Source: a virus
Lineage: Duplodnaviria; Caudoviricetes
Direction: 5' to 3' (one strand)
Length of the DNA stretch: 64,000 nucleotides
Virus record (IMG/VR): IMGVR_UViG_3300025652_000041
Span: 27,904 to 91,903 of that record
The notes below the pieces were generated by a model. The model made no database searches and was not told where the DNA came from. It saw only the letters and a list, made by a program, of their open reading frames with translations. The position numbers and the translations under genes are program-made. Position 1 is the stretch's first letter. Each line of letters starts with the position of its first letter. Positions 56,071-64,000 of this stretch are shown here, in pieces.

Positions 56071-56429
56071 TGTTTAATAATTATACTTGTAATGTTGTGT
56101 ACGGTTCTACTGGTGAACGTTCTATGTTCATGGGAATGGACTTAACTTGTGACTTCAAAGTCTCTCATGCACTTGGTGAACGCCCTGTCGTTGACAAAGA
56201 GATCCAACTCGGTCGTGAAAAATATAAAGTTGGTGAACTTTTGAATTCCGCAATTGGTTTGAAGTATGACTTGATCCTCCGCATGATGATGCGTGACGGA
56301 ACTATCGATTACGACACGGTTGTTCGTGTTGGTTATGTTGGTCGTCTCCGTGAAGTCTACGTTGTGAAAGACGAAGAAGCATACCGCATCTTTGGTAAGA
56401 CTTACTATGGGTTGTATAACAATGATTAG
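56070..56429 (+). CDS. Hypothetical protein
   Basis: Coupled start; 119 aa. Confidence 0.6.
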   Translation: MFNNYTCNVVYGSTGERSMFMGMDLTCDFKVSHALGERPVVDKEIQLGREKYKVGELLNSAIGLKYDLILRMMMRDGTIDYDTVVRVGYVGRLREVYVVKDEEAYRIFGKTYYGLYNND

Positions 56430-56689
56430 TGGTGAGTTTCTTTTTTCTGATATTATTTCTCTTGCCATATTCTGTTTACTTATGGTAGTATGGTGGGAGA
56501 TAAAGGGGATGGGGGATGACGAATAAAAAGAAACATGGATTGGGTAAGACCTCCAATCCTGTCGCTAAGTTCGCTAAACGTTTCAACAAGTCTGCGGTTA
56601 TGGTTGACCGAAAGAAAGAAGAGAGACGTACTGGCGGACGTTGGAACCTTGATGATGGTTTTTATGATTCCGATGGAGGAAAAGAATAG

Positions 56690-57235
56690 ATGAATGTATT
56701 TCGATTAGATGATGATCCCGTGAAAGCTGCGCAGTTGATGTGTGACAAACATGTAGTCAAGATGGTTATCGAGTATGGTCAACTACTGTCTACCGCACAC
56801 CGAGTCATAGACGGTACCATGTACCTCGGTAAGACTAAGAATGGTCGTAACATCAAACGATGGAGACTCGATGGTACAGCGCAAGAGGAGGTCTTATACA
56901 AGGCATCTCACGTGAATCATCCATCAAACATCTGGTGTCGTGAGAATGACAAGAACTATCGTTGGTTATACAAACACTTTGTGGCCTGCGCAAAAGAATA
57001 TCAACATCGTTATGGACGTGTACACGCGACCTTCGATAAACTCAATGGGTTTGTGTGGTTCGCACCTCGCAAAATCAAACAGACCGCTCACGAGTCCGTG
57101 ATGCCACAGTGTATGCCTGACGAATGTAAGCGGGATAGTGTGGTTGAAGGATACCGTACCTACTACGTACAGGAGAAAAAGTACTTTGCCAAATGGACAA
57201 AACGCGAGACACCAACTTGGTTTGTATCTCCTTAG
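56690..57235 (+). CDS. Pyrimidine-dimer DNA glycosylase/DenV-related protein
   Basis: MNVF.LD.DP..AA..CDKHVVKM..E..QLLSTAH; H.NHPS.IW; EY..RYG..H. Confidence 0.75.
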   Translation: MNVFRLDDDPVKAAQLMCDKHVVKMVIEYGQLLSTAHRVIDGTMYLGKTKNGRNIKRWRLDGTAQEEVLYKASHVNHPSNIWCRENDKNYRWLYKHFVACAKEYQHRYGRVHATFDKLNGFVWFAPRKIKQTAHESVMPQCMPDECKRDSVVEGYRTYYVQEKKYFAKWTKRETPTWFVSP

Positions 57236-57346
57236 AGTGATGTTAATATTTTGGTTGGCGTTTAGTGTAGACAATGAGGATGACCTATATGGAGTGATGT
57301 CGAGTATTCGTAGATTGAATGAATGTAAAAAAGTGGTAAATTTAAC

Positions 57347-57375
57347 TTGACAGTGATAAGGAAATGATATATAAT
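57347..57375 (+). promoter_or_regulatory. Consensus sigma70 promoter
   Basis: TTGACA-17-TATAAT. Confidence 0.65.
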
Positions 57376-57501
57376 GTCTAAACAAATGAGATATCTTAAA
57401 CTCAGATCTGCGCAACAAAGATTAGAGAGTCAAAGAAGATCACGAAGAATGCTAATTATGCATGAACAAGAAATTAATAAAATTGAAGGAGAAGACCCGT
57501 T

Positions 57502-57822
57502 ATGTCCTACACAGAAAAGCAGTTCAAAGAAGACGTTGAAGTAACTAAACGTATTCTGAAAGACACTTATGTCAATAACATCATTTACGTCCAAGAACGT
57601 ATTAAAGATGGTGCTGATGAAAGTGAGTTAAAAAACATCGAAGATCTTATCATTGCAAACGAACGATTAATCGTTTACTTTGATGAAGGTGATGATTGGG
57701 TAAAACAACTACATGAAGAGGCCTCAGGGTCAGGAGATGATAATGGAACAAGCAGTGAACGAACTAACACCGGAGATGATGAAGAAGCAGTCGCTCGAAT
57801 TGAAGAAGCAAGGAATAGTTGA
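57502..57822 (+). CDS. Hypothetical acidic protein
   Basis: AAGGAG SD. Confidence 0.6.
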   Translation: MSYTEKQFKEDVEVTKRILKDTYVNNIIYVQERIKDGADESELKNIEDLIIANERLIVYFDEGDDWVKQLHEEASGSGDDNGTSSERTNTGDDEEAVARIEEARNS

Positions 57823-58051
57823 TGCTTTGAAACAGGGTCTTGTCCACCTACAATTCAAGAAGGTGAACGGTGATCTTCGTAATATGATTGGTACTTTAAG
57901 TCCCGAACATATTCCAGAAGACAAAGTACCCGAAGAAGGTAAAGAGCGTAAGAGTAACGAAGAACTTGTTGTTCTGTTCGATGCCGAAGTCAATGACTGG
58001 AGATCTTTCCGTACCGAAAACCTTGTAGAATATCGGTGTGACGCATGGTAG
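57713..58051 (+). CDS. SH3-barrel/WYL-like protein (DUF2693-like)
   Basis: FKKVNGDLRNMIGTL..FD....WRSFR; start uncertain. Confidence 0.75.
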   Translation: MKRPQGQEMIMEQAVNELTPEMMKKQSLELKKQGIVDALKQGLVHLQFKKVNGDLRNMIGTLSPEHIPEDKVPEEGKERKSNEELVVLFDAEVNDWRSFRTENLVEYRCDAW

Positions 58052-58608
58052 TAAAACGCAAACGTAAACCAATGTCCGAAGAGCAACGTGCAGCTGCGAG
58101 TGAAAGACTCGCAAAAGCACGGGAAGCTCGAGGTCACGATGGTTCCAAATCTGTCCATCCTTTATTGTTGGATATGGATGAGGATAGTCCGATACATTGG
58201 AGAAAGGTTCGCGAGTGGGTCAAAGAGATAGGTGTGGAACTTCGATCCAAGAAGGCACAACGACTGTCGAAGGATTCTAAGGAAAGACATGAGTATCAGA
58301 CACTAGAGGTATATCTCGGAAACCTGAAAAGGTATCTTGACTCTAGTATCTGGTTAGATGCACGTTATGGAAGACATCGAGAAGGTAAGATGGGTACTGT
58401 CGTTCATGCTATTGCATACTTTCCTAGTGGTCGTCCCAAGAGAGTTGTGGGATGGTTTTATAAAGATATCGGTGAATACACCGAGGAGATGAAAGAGAAT
58501 GACGATAGAATTTACGGTACCGAATCTGAGTACCGAAGAGACGAACACAAGCGAAAACTTCATGAACAAGAAGAGGTTCTCGAAGATGGTGGAGAGGACG
58601 GTACGTAG
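58045..58608 (+). CDS. Conserved T4-like hypothetical protein
   Basis: RKPMSEEQRAAASERLAKAR start. Confidence 0.7.
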   Translation: MVVKRKRKPMSEEQRAAASERLAKAREARGHDGSKSVHPLLLDMDEDSPIHWRKVREWVKEIGVELRSKKAQRLSKDSKERHEYQTLEVYLGNLKRYLDSSIWLDARYGRHREGKMGTVVHAIAYFPSGRPKRVVGWFYKDIGEYTEEMKENDDRIYGTESEYRRDEHKRKLHEQEEVLEDGGEDGT

Positions 58609-58771
58609 TTCCGGACTTAACTATATGGACTCGATTGTTCATATGTGCGAGAAGAATAACATGGAAGTTGAAGATGTTAAGAAGTACTTGACGCCTTCAA
58701 TTATAGATTGTCTTGAAACCGAGGCGATGAATTTGAACTTCCTAGAGAAAACTAATTCTCTGGATGTTTAA
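58499..58771 (+). CDS. gp33: Late transcription co-activator
   Basis: FSKMVE..YMDSIVHMCEKNNME..I...LETEAMNLNFL; directly upstream of gp32. Confidence 0.85.
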   Translation: MTIEFTVPNLSTEETNTSENFMNKKRFSKMVERTVRSSGLNYMDSIVHMCEKNNMEVEDVKKYLTPSIIDCLETEAMNLNFLEKTNSLDV

Positions 58772-58778
58772 ATAACAC

Positions 58779-58807
58779 TTGACTTATGTGTATAAATAGG
58801 TTAGAAT
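58779..58807 (+). promoter_or_regulatory. Nested early (TTGACT-17-TAGAAT) and late (TATAAATA 58791-58798) promoters for gp32
   Basis: Both motifs read directly. Confidence 0.7.
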
Positions 58808-58896
58808 ACTATGGTACAATCAAGAAACAATTGAAAATACGCTGTGTAAAAAAACTGTAAATAAACTGAAAACGCTGAACATACTGGAGAAAACAT

Positions 58897-59817
58897 ATGT
58901 CTTTTGCAAACCTAAAAAGTCGTTCTACCGACATTTCTAAATTAGTATCTGCCGCTCAAGAAGCATCTGGTACTAACACCAAAACCAATAAGTACGATGA
59001 CGAACGTAAGTGGAAACCAACCGTTGATGATAACGGCAATGGTTACGCAGTAGTCCGTTTCCTTCCTGCAATGGAAGGTCAAGATATGCCTTGGGTACGA
59101 TATTGGGATCACGGATTCAAAGGCCCTCAAGGTCAATGGTACATCGAGAAATCGTTGACTACCATCGGTCAGAAGGATCCTGTATCCGAACTGAATTCAC
59201 GTCTGTGGAACTCGGGTATCGAAGATGACAAAGAAACTGCACGTAAACAGAAGCGCCGTCTTCACTACGTGTCCAATATCCTTGTGGTAAACGATCCTGC
59301 AAACCCATCGAACAATGGTAAAGTATTTTACTATGAGTTTGGTAAGAAGATCTTTGACAAAATCATGGATCTGATGCAACCACAATTCCCTGGCGAAACT
59401 CCTATCAACCCATTTGATTTTTGGAATGGTGCTGACTTCGAACTGAAGATTCGTAATGTTGCGGGTTACCGTAACTATGATAAGTCGGAGTTCAAGTCCA
59501 CTTCTGCATTGTATGAGTCGGACGAGACTAAACTCGAAGCCACTTATAATCAACAGTATGACTTGGGTGAGTTCGTAGATCCTGCTAACTTTAAAACCTA
59601 TCAGGAATTAGAGTCACGTCTGGAATTGGTATTGGGTACTGCGGTAGGTGCTAACACCACTATCCGTAATGAAGCATTAACTCAGACTGCGGAATCGAAC
59701 GTTGGACGTTCTGCACCACAACCTGAGATCGTTTCTGCTCCTGCACCAAAGGTAGGTGCTGTCGCGGAGGAAGATGACACACTATCTTACTTTGCGCAGA
59801 TGGCACAGGAAGACTAA
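58897..59817 (+). CDS. gp32: Single-stranded DNA-binding protein
   Basis: D.R.WKP..GNGYAVVRFLP, WYIE.SLTT, FGKKIFDKI, NYDKSEF; acidic tail. Confidence 0.95.
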   Translation: MSFANLKSRSTDISKLVSAAQEASGTNTKTNKYDDERKWKPTVDDNGNGYAVVRFLPAMEGQDMPWVRYWDHGFKGPQGQWYIEKSLTTIGQKDPVSELNSRLWNSGIEDDKETARKQKRRLHYVSNILVVNDPANPSNNGKVFYYEFGKKIFDKIMDLMQPQFPGETPINPFDFWNGADFELKIRNVAGYRNYDKSEFKSTSALYESDETKLEATYNQQYDLGEFVDPANFKTYQELESRLELVLGTAVGANTTIRNEALTQTAESNVGRSAPQPEIVSAPAPKVGAVAEEDDTLSYFAQMAQED

Positions 59818-59822
59818 AGATT

Positions 59823-59847
59823 AGGGGGACGAAAGTCCCCCTTTTTT
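59823..59847 (+). terminator. Rho-independent terminator between convergent genes
   Basis: AGGGGGAC-GAAA-GTCCCCCT followed by a T run. Confidence 0.9.
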
Positions 59848-61942
59848 ATGATAAAGCATAAGTCCTATCGTTCTGATCAACTGTCGGTTGATTCTGTGAC
59901 ATAATCGCAGCAGTACTTGAGTTGTTATTATTAGTAACTGAATTAGAACTCGGTGCATTTACTAATACTGCATTAGCACCTTGTTCTGATTTTAACTTAG
60001 TGTTCTCACTTTGTGCCTGGGTAAGACCATTGTCTCTAGGTGATCTCATTGATCTCGAAGAAGATCTTTCGACATTAATTTCTGGTGATAACTTGGTGAC
60101 CTCAACCTTTGGTTCTGGTTTAGATACACTTTCAAGTTTATCAATTTGTGCTTGAGTCTTGTCTATATTCAATGCAGCAGATGCGGTACCTGTTTTCTCA
60201 AAACGTGCTTCTGCTCTTTCGAGTTTCCTTTCTAAATAAGCAAGACGTTCCGCATCTCTGGATTGCACCACAACTTCTACTTCTTCTTTGACTTGTGGTT
60301 TATCGACAACTTGCAAGACTTCTTCTTCCTTATCGGCAACGGTAGGTGTATCAGGTAGAACAGGCACTTCTGAATATGGTTGAGTACTTGGAGTAGTTTG
60401 TTGTTTGGTTGTTCCACCATCGTCACCATCAAATCCGAAGAAATTTCCTACGGATTCTAATGCACCAGATGCCATATTCTTGATATCATCCATACTAGGA
60501 ATCAACCCCATGACAAACTCCTTGATATCAGTAATCATTTGATTGATAGGTTCCATCAAGTAACCAATCGGATCTTCGCTCTCCATGAAACCATTCCAGA
60601 ACTCTTTGATACCTTCGATCATGGAAGTGACTTTGTCTGGTATAGCACGTATCATCGACTCCATATTCATCATAACTTCACTGAACATCTCTGAGAACGA
60701 GAAACTGTCCAAGAAAGTAGAGAAGTTTTCGAAACCCAACATACCTGATATCCAAGAGATACCGTCTTTTAGGAGATCTACTAAACTCAATACTGCACCA
60801 TTGATCGCACCGGTCATGAATGCGTATACGCCACCGATGATATCACCTGACTTGAATTTACTCAGAGATGCTTTAATACCTTCGTACAAACCAATAGCGA
60901 TTGTGAGTGGCCAACCAAAGAATCTACCTAGTGCACCAAACACTTTGAAGATATTAGGCGCAATTCCTCGCATGTACGCGACGACATCCTTCATTGGTTT
61001 TACTATCTTACTAAAGGAATCTTTGATACCTCCTGCGAATTTACCCACACTAGCAAATGATTGACCTGCTGATCTGAATGCTCCAATAACTGTCTGGAAT
61101 CCAGTTGTGATAGATGTACCGACACTCTTGACGAACTTTACAGAATCGGTAAAGATTTTACCCATACCTCTGAATGTCTTTTCGAACATATTCAGAGAAC
61201 GGAAAGTACCGGTTACAGATTGTGATAGTCCCTTGACACCATTCATACCTGCTTTGAATGCATTAGATATATTACTGAAGGCGTTAGTGATAGGTTTTAC
61301 AAAATTCTTAAAACCATCAACATATAACTTCACCCCTATCTTAATATCAGTGACAAGTGATTTGATGCCAGTACCCAAGTCTTTAAAGACCTTGACCACA
61401 CTAGAAGCAAAGTCGGTAACCGGTTTGAAAACATCCTTCAATTTCTTCACGATATTACCACTTGCAAGTTTAACAAGATCGGAAATTTTTTTTCCTAATG
61501 GAGCGAAGAAGTTTGTAATAGGACGTAATAGAAACTTGACACCCGACAGAATAGTCTTGAAGGTTCCTGATATAACATTCTTTATAAGTTTTGCGGTGTC
61601 TGTAATAGCCTTCATCCATCCTATCGCAAGACCTTTAGCAAAACCAAGAACCATGGTAGGAATACCGATGAGTAAATCTAAGATACCGCCAGTCTTCTTA
61701 TCGAGATCTGGACGTTCGGGCCCGGTTCCTCCACCTGTAGGAGATGTTCTACCAGAATCTCGACGGGCCTCTTCTCTGTCACCAGCCTGACCTCTGAACT
61801 CGCCCAGAAGATCCTTCATAGTTTTCTTTAGGTCATCAACACCTTCACTTGTTGTTGCAGTGTTCTTGATGACCTGATCAGATTGTTTCGCATTCTCTTC
61901 TCTTAGAAGTTGAATCGAGGTTTGTAGTAAAGCATCTGCCAT
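59846..61942 (-). CDS. Tape-measure / baseplate hub protein (gp29-like)
   Basis: Long amphipathic helical repeats; VNAP..NSVTNNN C-terminus; follows gp26/gp51. Confidence 0.7.
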   Translation of the reverse strand: MADALLQTSIQLLREENAKQSDQVIKNTATTSEGVDDLKKTMKDLLGEFRGQAGDREEARRDSGRTSPTGGGTGPERPDLDKKTGGILDLLIGIPTMVLGFAKGLAIGWMKAITDTAKLIKNVISGTFKTILSGVKFLLRPITNFFAPLGKKISDLVKLASGNIVKKLKDVFKPVTDFASSVVKVFKDLGTGIKSLVTDIKIGVKLYVDGFKNFVKPITNAFSNISNAFKAGMNGVKGLSQSVTGTFRSLNMFEKTFRGMGKIFTDSVKFVKSVGTSITTGFQTVIGAFRSAGQSFASVGKFAGGIKDSFSKIVKPMKDVVAYMRGIAPNIFKVFGALGRFFGWPLTIAIGLYEGIKASLSKFKSGDIIGGVYAFMTGAINGAVLSLVDLLKDGISWISGMLGFENFSTFLDSFSFSEMFSEVMMNMESMIRAIPDKVTSMIEGIKEFWNGFMESEDPIGYLMEPINQMITDIKEFVMGLIPSMDDIKNMASGALESVGNFFGFDGDDGGTTKQQTTPSTQPYSEVPVLPDTPTVADKEEEVLQVVDKPQVKEEVEVVVQSRDAERLAYLERKLERAEARFEKTGTASAALNIDKTQAQIDKLESVSKPEPKVEVTKLSPEINVERSSSRSMRSPRDNGLTQAQSENTKLKSEQGANAVLVNAPSSNSVTNNNNSSTAAIMSQNQPTVDQNDRTYALS

Positions 61943-61943
61943 T

Positions 61944-62141
61944 TTAGTTTCTCATCTGTTCTTGTTTAATACGATCGTTTTCTTCTTTAACATATTCAAC
62001 TAACATAGCAACGTAGATCTCCCTCTCCCACGGCAACATCATTTCAATTTCAGTCAAACTATAACTATGATGTTGTATCAGTGAAAAATTAGTTTTATAA
62101 TAATTCACTAGACTATCATGAGAAAGGTTTAGGATAAAAAA
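61944..62141 (-). CDS. gp51: Baseplate hub assembly protein (gp51-like), probably made by -1 frameshift from gp26
   Basis: LSHDSLVNYYKTNF..HH.YSL.EIE.MLPWEREIY; no convincing start of its own. Confidence 0.7.
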   Translation of the reverse strand, partial: FFILNLSHDSLVNYYKTNFSLIQHHSYSLTEIEMMLPWEREIYVAMLVEYVKEENDRIKQEQMRN

Positions 62142-62833
62142 TCCTGCATACCTTTCAAAGTCACACTGTTCTGTTCCCCACAACCTTCACACGCAAATGT
62201 CTCGGTGTGTATCATTGCGGGCATTGCTTCAAGAAATTCACCTAACTTCCTGAATTGTCCTTGGGTCATAGACTCGATGAAATCCATTAGTTCTTCCTTC
62301 GATGTGTCACTGGAAGAGACTCTTTCTTCTTCGGTCAAGATTGCATTGATACATGTGGCAACCAAGTTAAAACCTACTGTAAGTTCATCTCCGGTCAAAT
62401 CACTTGACTGGATATCAACATACGATGGATATTTCATTTCAACACTAACACTGTCTGTCAATTCTATGACGTTACTGAGTTCACTAGTAGACACATCAAT
62501 TGAACCAATATCGATAGATCTTTCGTTCTTATGATCACAACTAGAACATTTCAACAACACTGTCGCGGATTCGCCCACAGACTTCGATCGTATCTGAGTA
62601 AACAGATATTCAATATCGAATGTTGTCAATGCATTAACATCGATTTCATTTTGAATACAAGCGTCTAATGTGTTGACAATTGCATTCAGTGCTTCTTTTT
62701 GATCGCCAGTTTCAAATGCGATCATCAATACCTTTTCTTCTTTGACCAAGTAAGGTCTATAAGAAACAACTTCTTTAGTAGAAGGAATCTTACATGAATA
62801 CTGCGGTGATGTATTTAACTTAGGTAATGCCAT
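62129..62833 (-). CDS. gp26: Baseplate hub subunit / assembly chaperone
   Basis: MALPKL..YRPYLVKEEKVL..FDIEYLF.QIRSKSVGE; two CxxC. Confidence 0.88.
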   Translation of the reverse strand: MALPKLNTSPQYSCKIPSTKEVVSYRPYLVKEEKVLMIAFETGDQKEALNAIVNTLDACIQNEIDVNALTTFDIEYLFTQIRSKSVGESATVLLKCSSCDHKNERSIDIGSIDVSTSELSNVIELTDSVSVEMKYPSYVDIQSSDLTGDELTVGFNLVATCINAILTEEERVSSSDTSKEELMDFIESMTQGQFRKLGEFLEAMPAMIHTETFACEGCGEQNSVTLKGMQDFLS

Positions 62834-62862
62834 TATATTCTCCAGTGTTTTTAATAATTTAT

Positions 62863-63591
62863 TTAACCAAATAATTTTGAGAAGATTCCACCGATCGCTC
62901 CACGAGCGATGTTCTCTCCGTCTTTTGTGTAGTCTCCGACTTCACTTTCCCAATCAGTAAATGATAGTTGTACACTCAATTCCAATACACCTTCTTCACC
63001 ATTACCTAATTGTTGATCAGTCAACGATGTTGGATAACACTCCAACAAAGTACATTGATATGTTTTCTTCATTTGAAAAGAAGCACCTGCATCAAGTTCT
63101 CCTTGTGCGAGATCTATAGGCCCTACTTTCGGTAATCTGTTTTTCAGGAAGGATGGGATCTTATCCGTAAACCCTAACTGTTTCTTGATTATAGAAAGTC
63201 TCAGACCTCTTTCCATAGTAGTTATTGTTACAGGATATGTATAATCATCGAAGTACCCTACTGTACGATTCAATTGATTATGCGCTTCGTTCTGCCAGTT
63301 CTCGAAGTACTGACGAACCAGATGATTGTTTGCAACCAAAAACGTCATTGTCATATCTGTGGTAGCATATCCATTTGCGAACTTTCGGTTGGTCGTACCA
63401 ATCGCATGATCTATAGACATTATCTGTCTACCCGGCAACGTTGCAACAGTACAAAATAGATTCAACTCTCGTGCGTCCATTTTGAAACTTTCTATTTGGG
63501 GTAGGGTGACCATGAACTGATTACCCTTGGCAAGTCCACCTGAACCACCTATTTGACCCTTTAGGTCTTCGATTGAAAATCCTGAACTCAT
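62863..63591 (-). CDS. Tail tube initiator / tube-fold protein (gp54-like)
   Basis: C..ATLPGR..FENWQ..YFDDY..ECYP..LSVQLSF; located between gp2 and gp26. Confidence 0.7.
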   Translation of the reverse strand: MSSGFSIEDLKGQIGGSGGLAKGNQFMVTLPQIESFKMDARELNLFCTVATLPGRQIMSIDHAIGTTNRKFANGYATTDMTMTFLVANNHLVRQYFENWQNEAHNQLNRTVGYFDDYTYPVTITTMERGLRLSIIKKQLGFTDKIPSFLKNRLPKVGPIDLAQGELDAGASFQMKKTYQCTLLECYPTSLTDQQLGNGEEGVLELSVQLSFTDWESEVGDYTKDGENIARGAIGGIFSKLFG

Positions 63592-64000
63592 CGTATCATC
63601 TGCCTACTATCGTAATGAACCTTATAACTGTTTCGTTTGCGGAACTGTGCGGTTGGCAGAAAGATTGCAATCTCCCATTCTGGTGCAGGTACTTCCGCAA
63701 AACGACTGGTAACCTGAGAATTCAAATAATGTTTAACACATGGTTTGAAGTATCTCAGATTCGAAGATTTCTTTAACATTCTATATGTCAAAGAAAACTT
63801 ATCATCTTCACTCAACTTACTACCTTGGATATCCATGATGTTCGCAAAGAACTGCATCCTCAACTTGGGTGGCAGATAGTGTAGATTCAATCCTAAGAAT
63901 CCACCCTTCGCAGGCCCAAGAACAATCACCAATGGAAATGCATCATAGTATGGTAGTTTGTCTTTATGTTTAGGATCATAGGTAAACATGAACATACCAC
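63588..64000 (-). CDS. gp2: DNA end protector protein (5'-truncated)
   Basis: YDPKHKDKLPYYDAFPL, GLNLHYLPP, KHYL, LPTAQF. Confidence 0.92.
   Translation of the reverse strand, partial: GMFMFTYDPKHKDKLPYYDAFPLVIVLGPAKGGFLGLNLHYLPPKLRMQFFANIMDIQGSKLSEDDKFSLTYRMLKKSSNLRYFKPCVKHYLNSQVTSRFAEVPAPEWEIAIFLPTAQFRKRNSYKVHYDSRQMIR

Noticed and set aside
59922-61790. Long + strand ORFs opposite the tape-measure-like gene
   Set aside because: Antisense shadows with no SD or recognisable motifs, explained by codon bias of the real gene
1-64000. Stop-codon reassignment
   Set aside because: Standard-code ORFs tile the window densely, and core genes are full length using TAA, TGA and TAG stops

Overview
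A 64-kb segment of a large lytic T4-like myovirus, probably aquatic and infecting a Gram-negative host (spanins and periplasmic proteins are present; the host is inferred). It uses the standard genetic code and is gene-dense, almost all on the + strand. Recognisable core genes are nrdA (with a fused glutaredoxin), nrdB, phoH, a T4-type lysozyme, groES, i-/o-spanins, gp33, gp32 and, on the minus strand, gp2, gp54-like, gp26, gp51 and a gp29-like tape-measure/hub gene. T4 late promoters (TATAAATA) and a family of at least 11 related sigma70-type early promoter cassettes are readable directly. Accessory content: (i) a late six-gene operon of exported proteins including a chaperone-usher-type pilin-like protein and a chaperone-like protein but no usher; (ii) early hyperplastic regions of small ORFs; (iii) a block of proteins with T4 internal-protein-like capsid-targeting N-termini, some apparently polyproteins, carrying nuclease, ligase-like, nucleotidyltransferase and kinase folds; (iv) many glycosyltransferases and tailoring enzymes, plus panD and a tandem ATP-grasp pair. 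Sequence-level surprises are a likely -1 frameshift joining gp26 to gp51, two probable overprinted +1-frame genes and two small structured elements resembling SD or anti-SD sequences. No tRNA, rRNA, CRISPR array or integrase was recognised. All family assignments come from motifs read by eye, not database searches.
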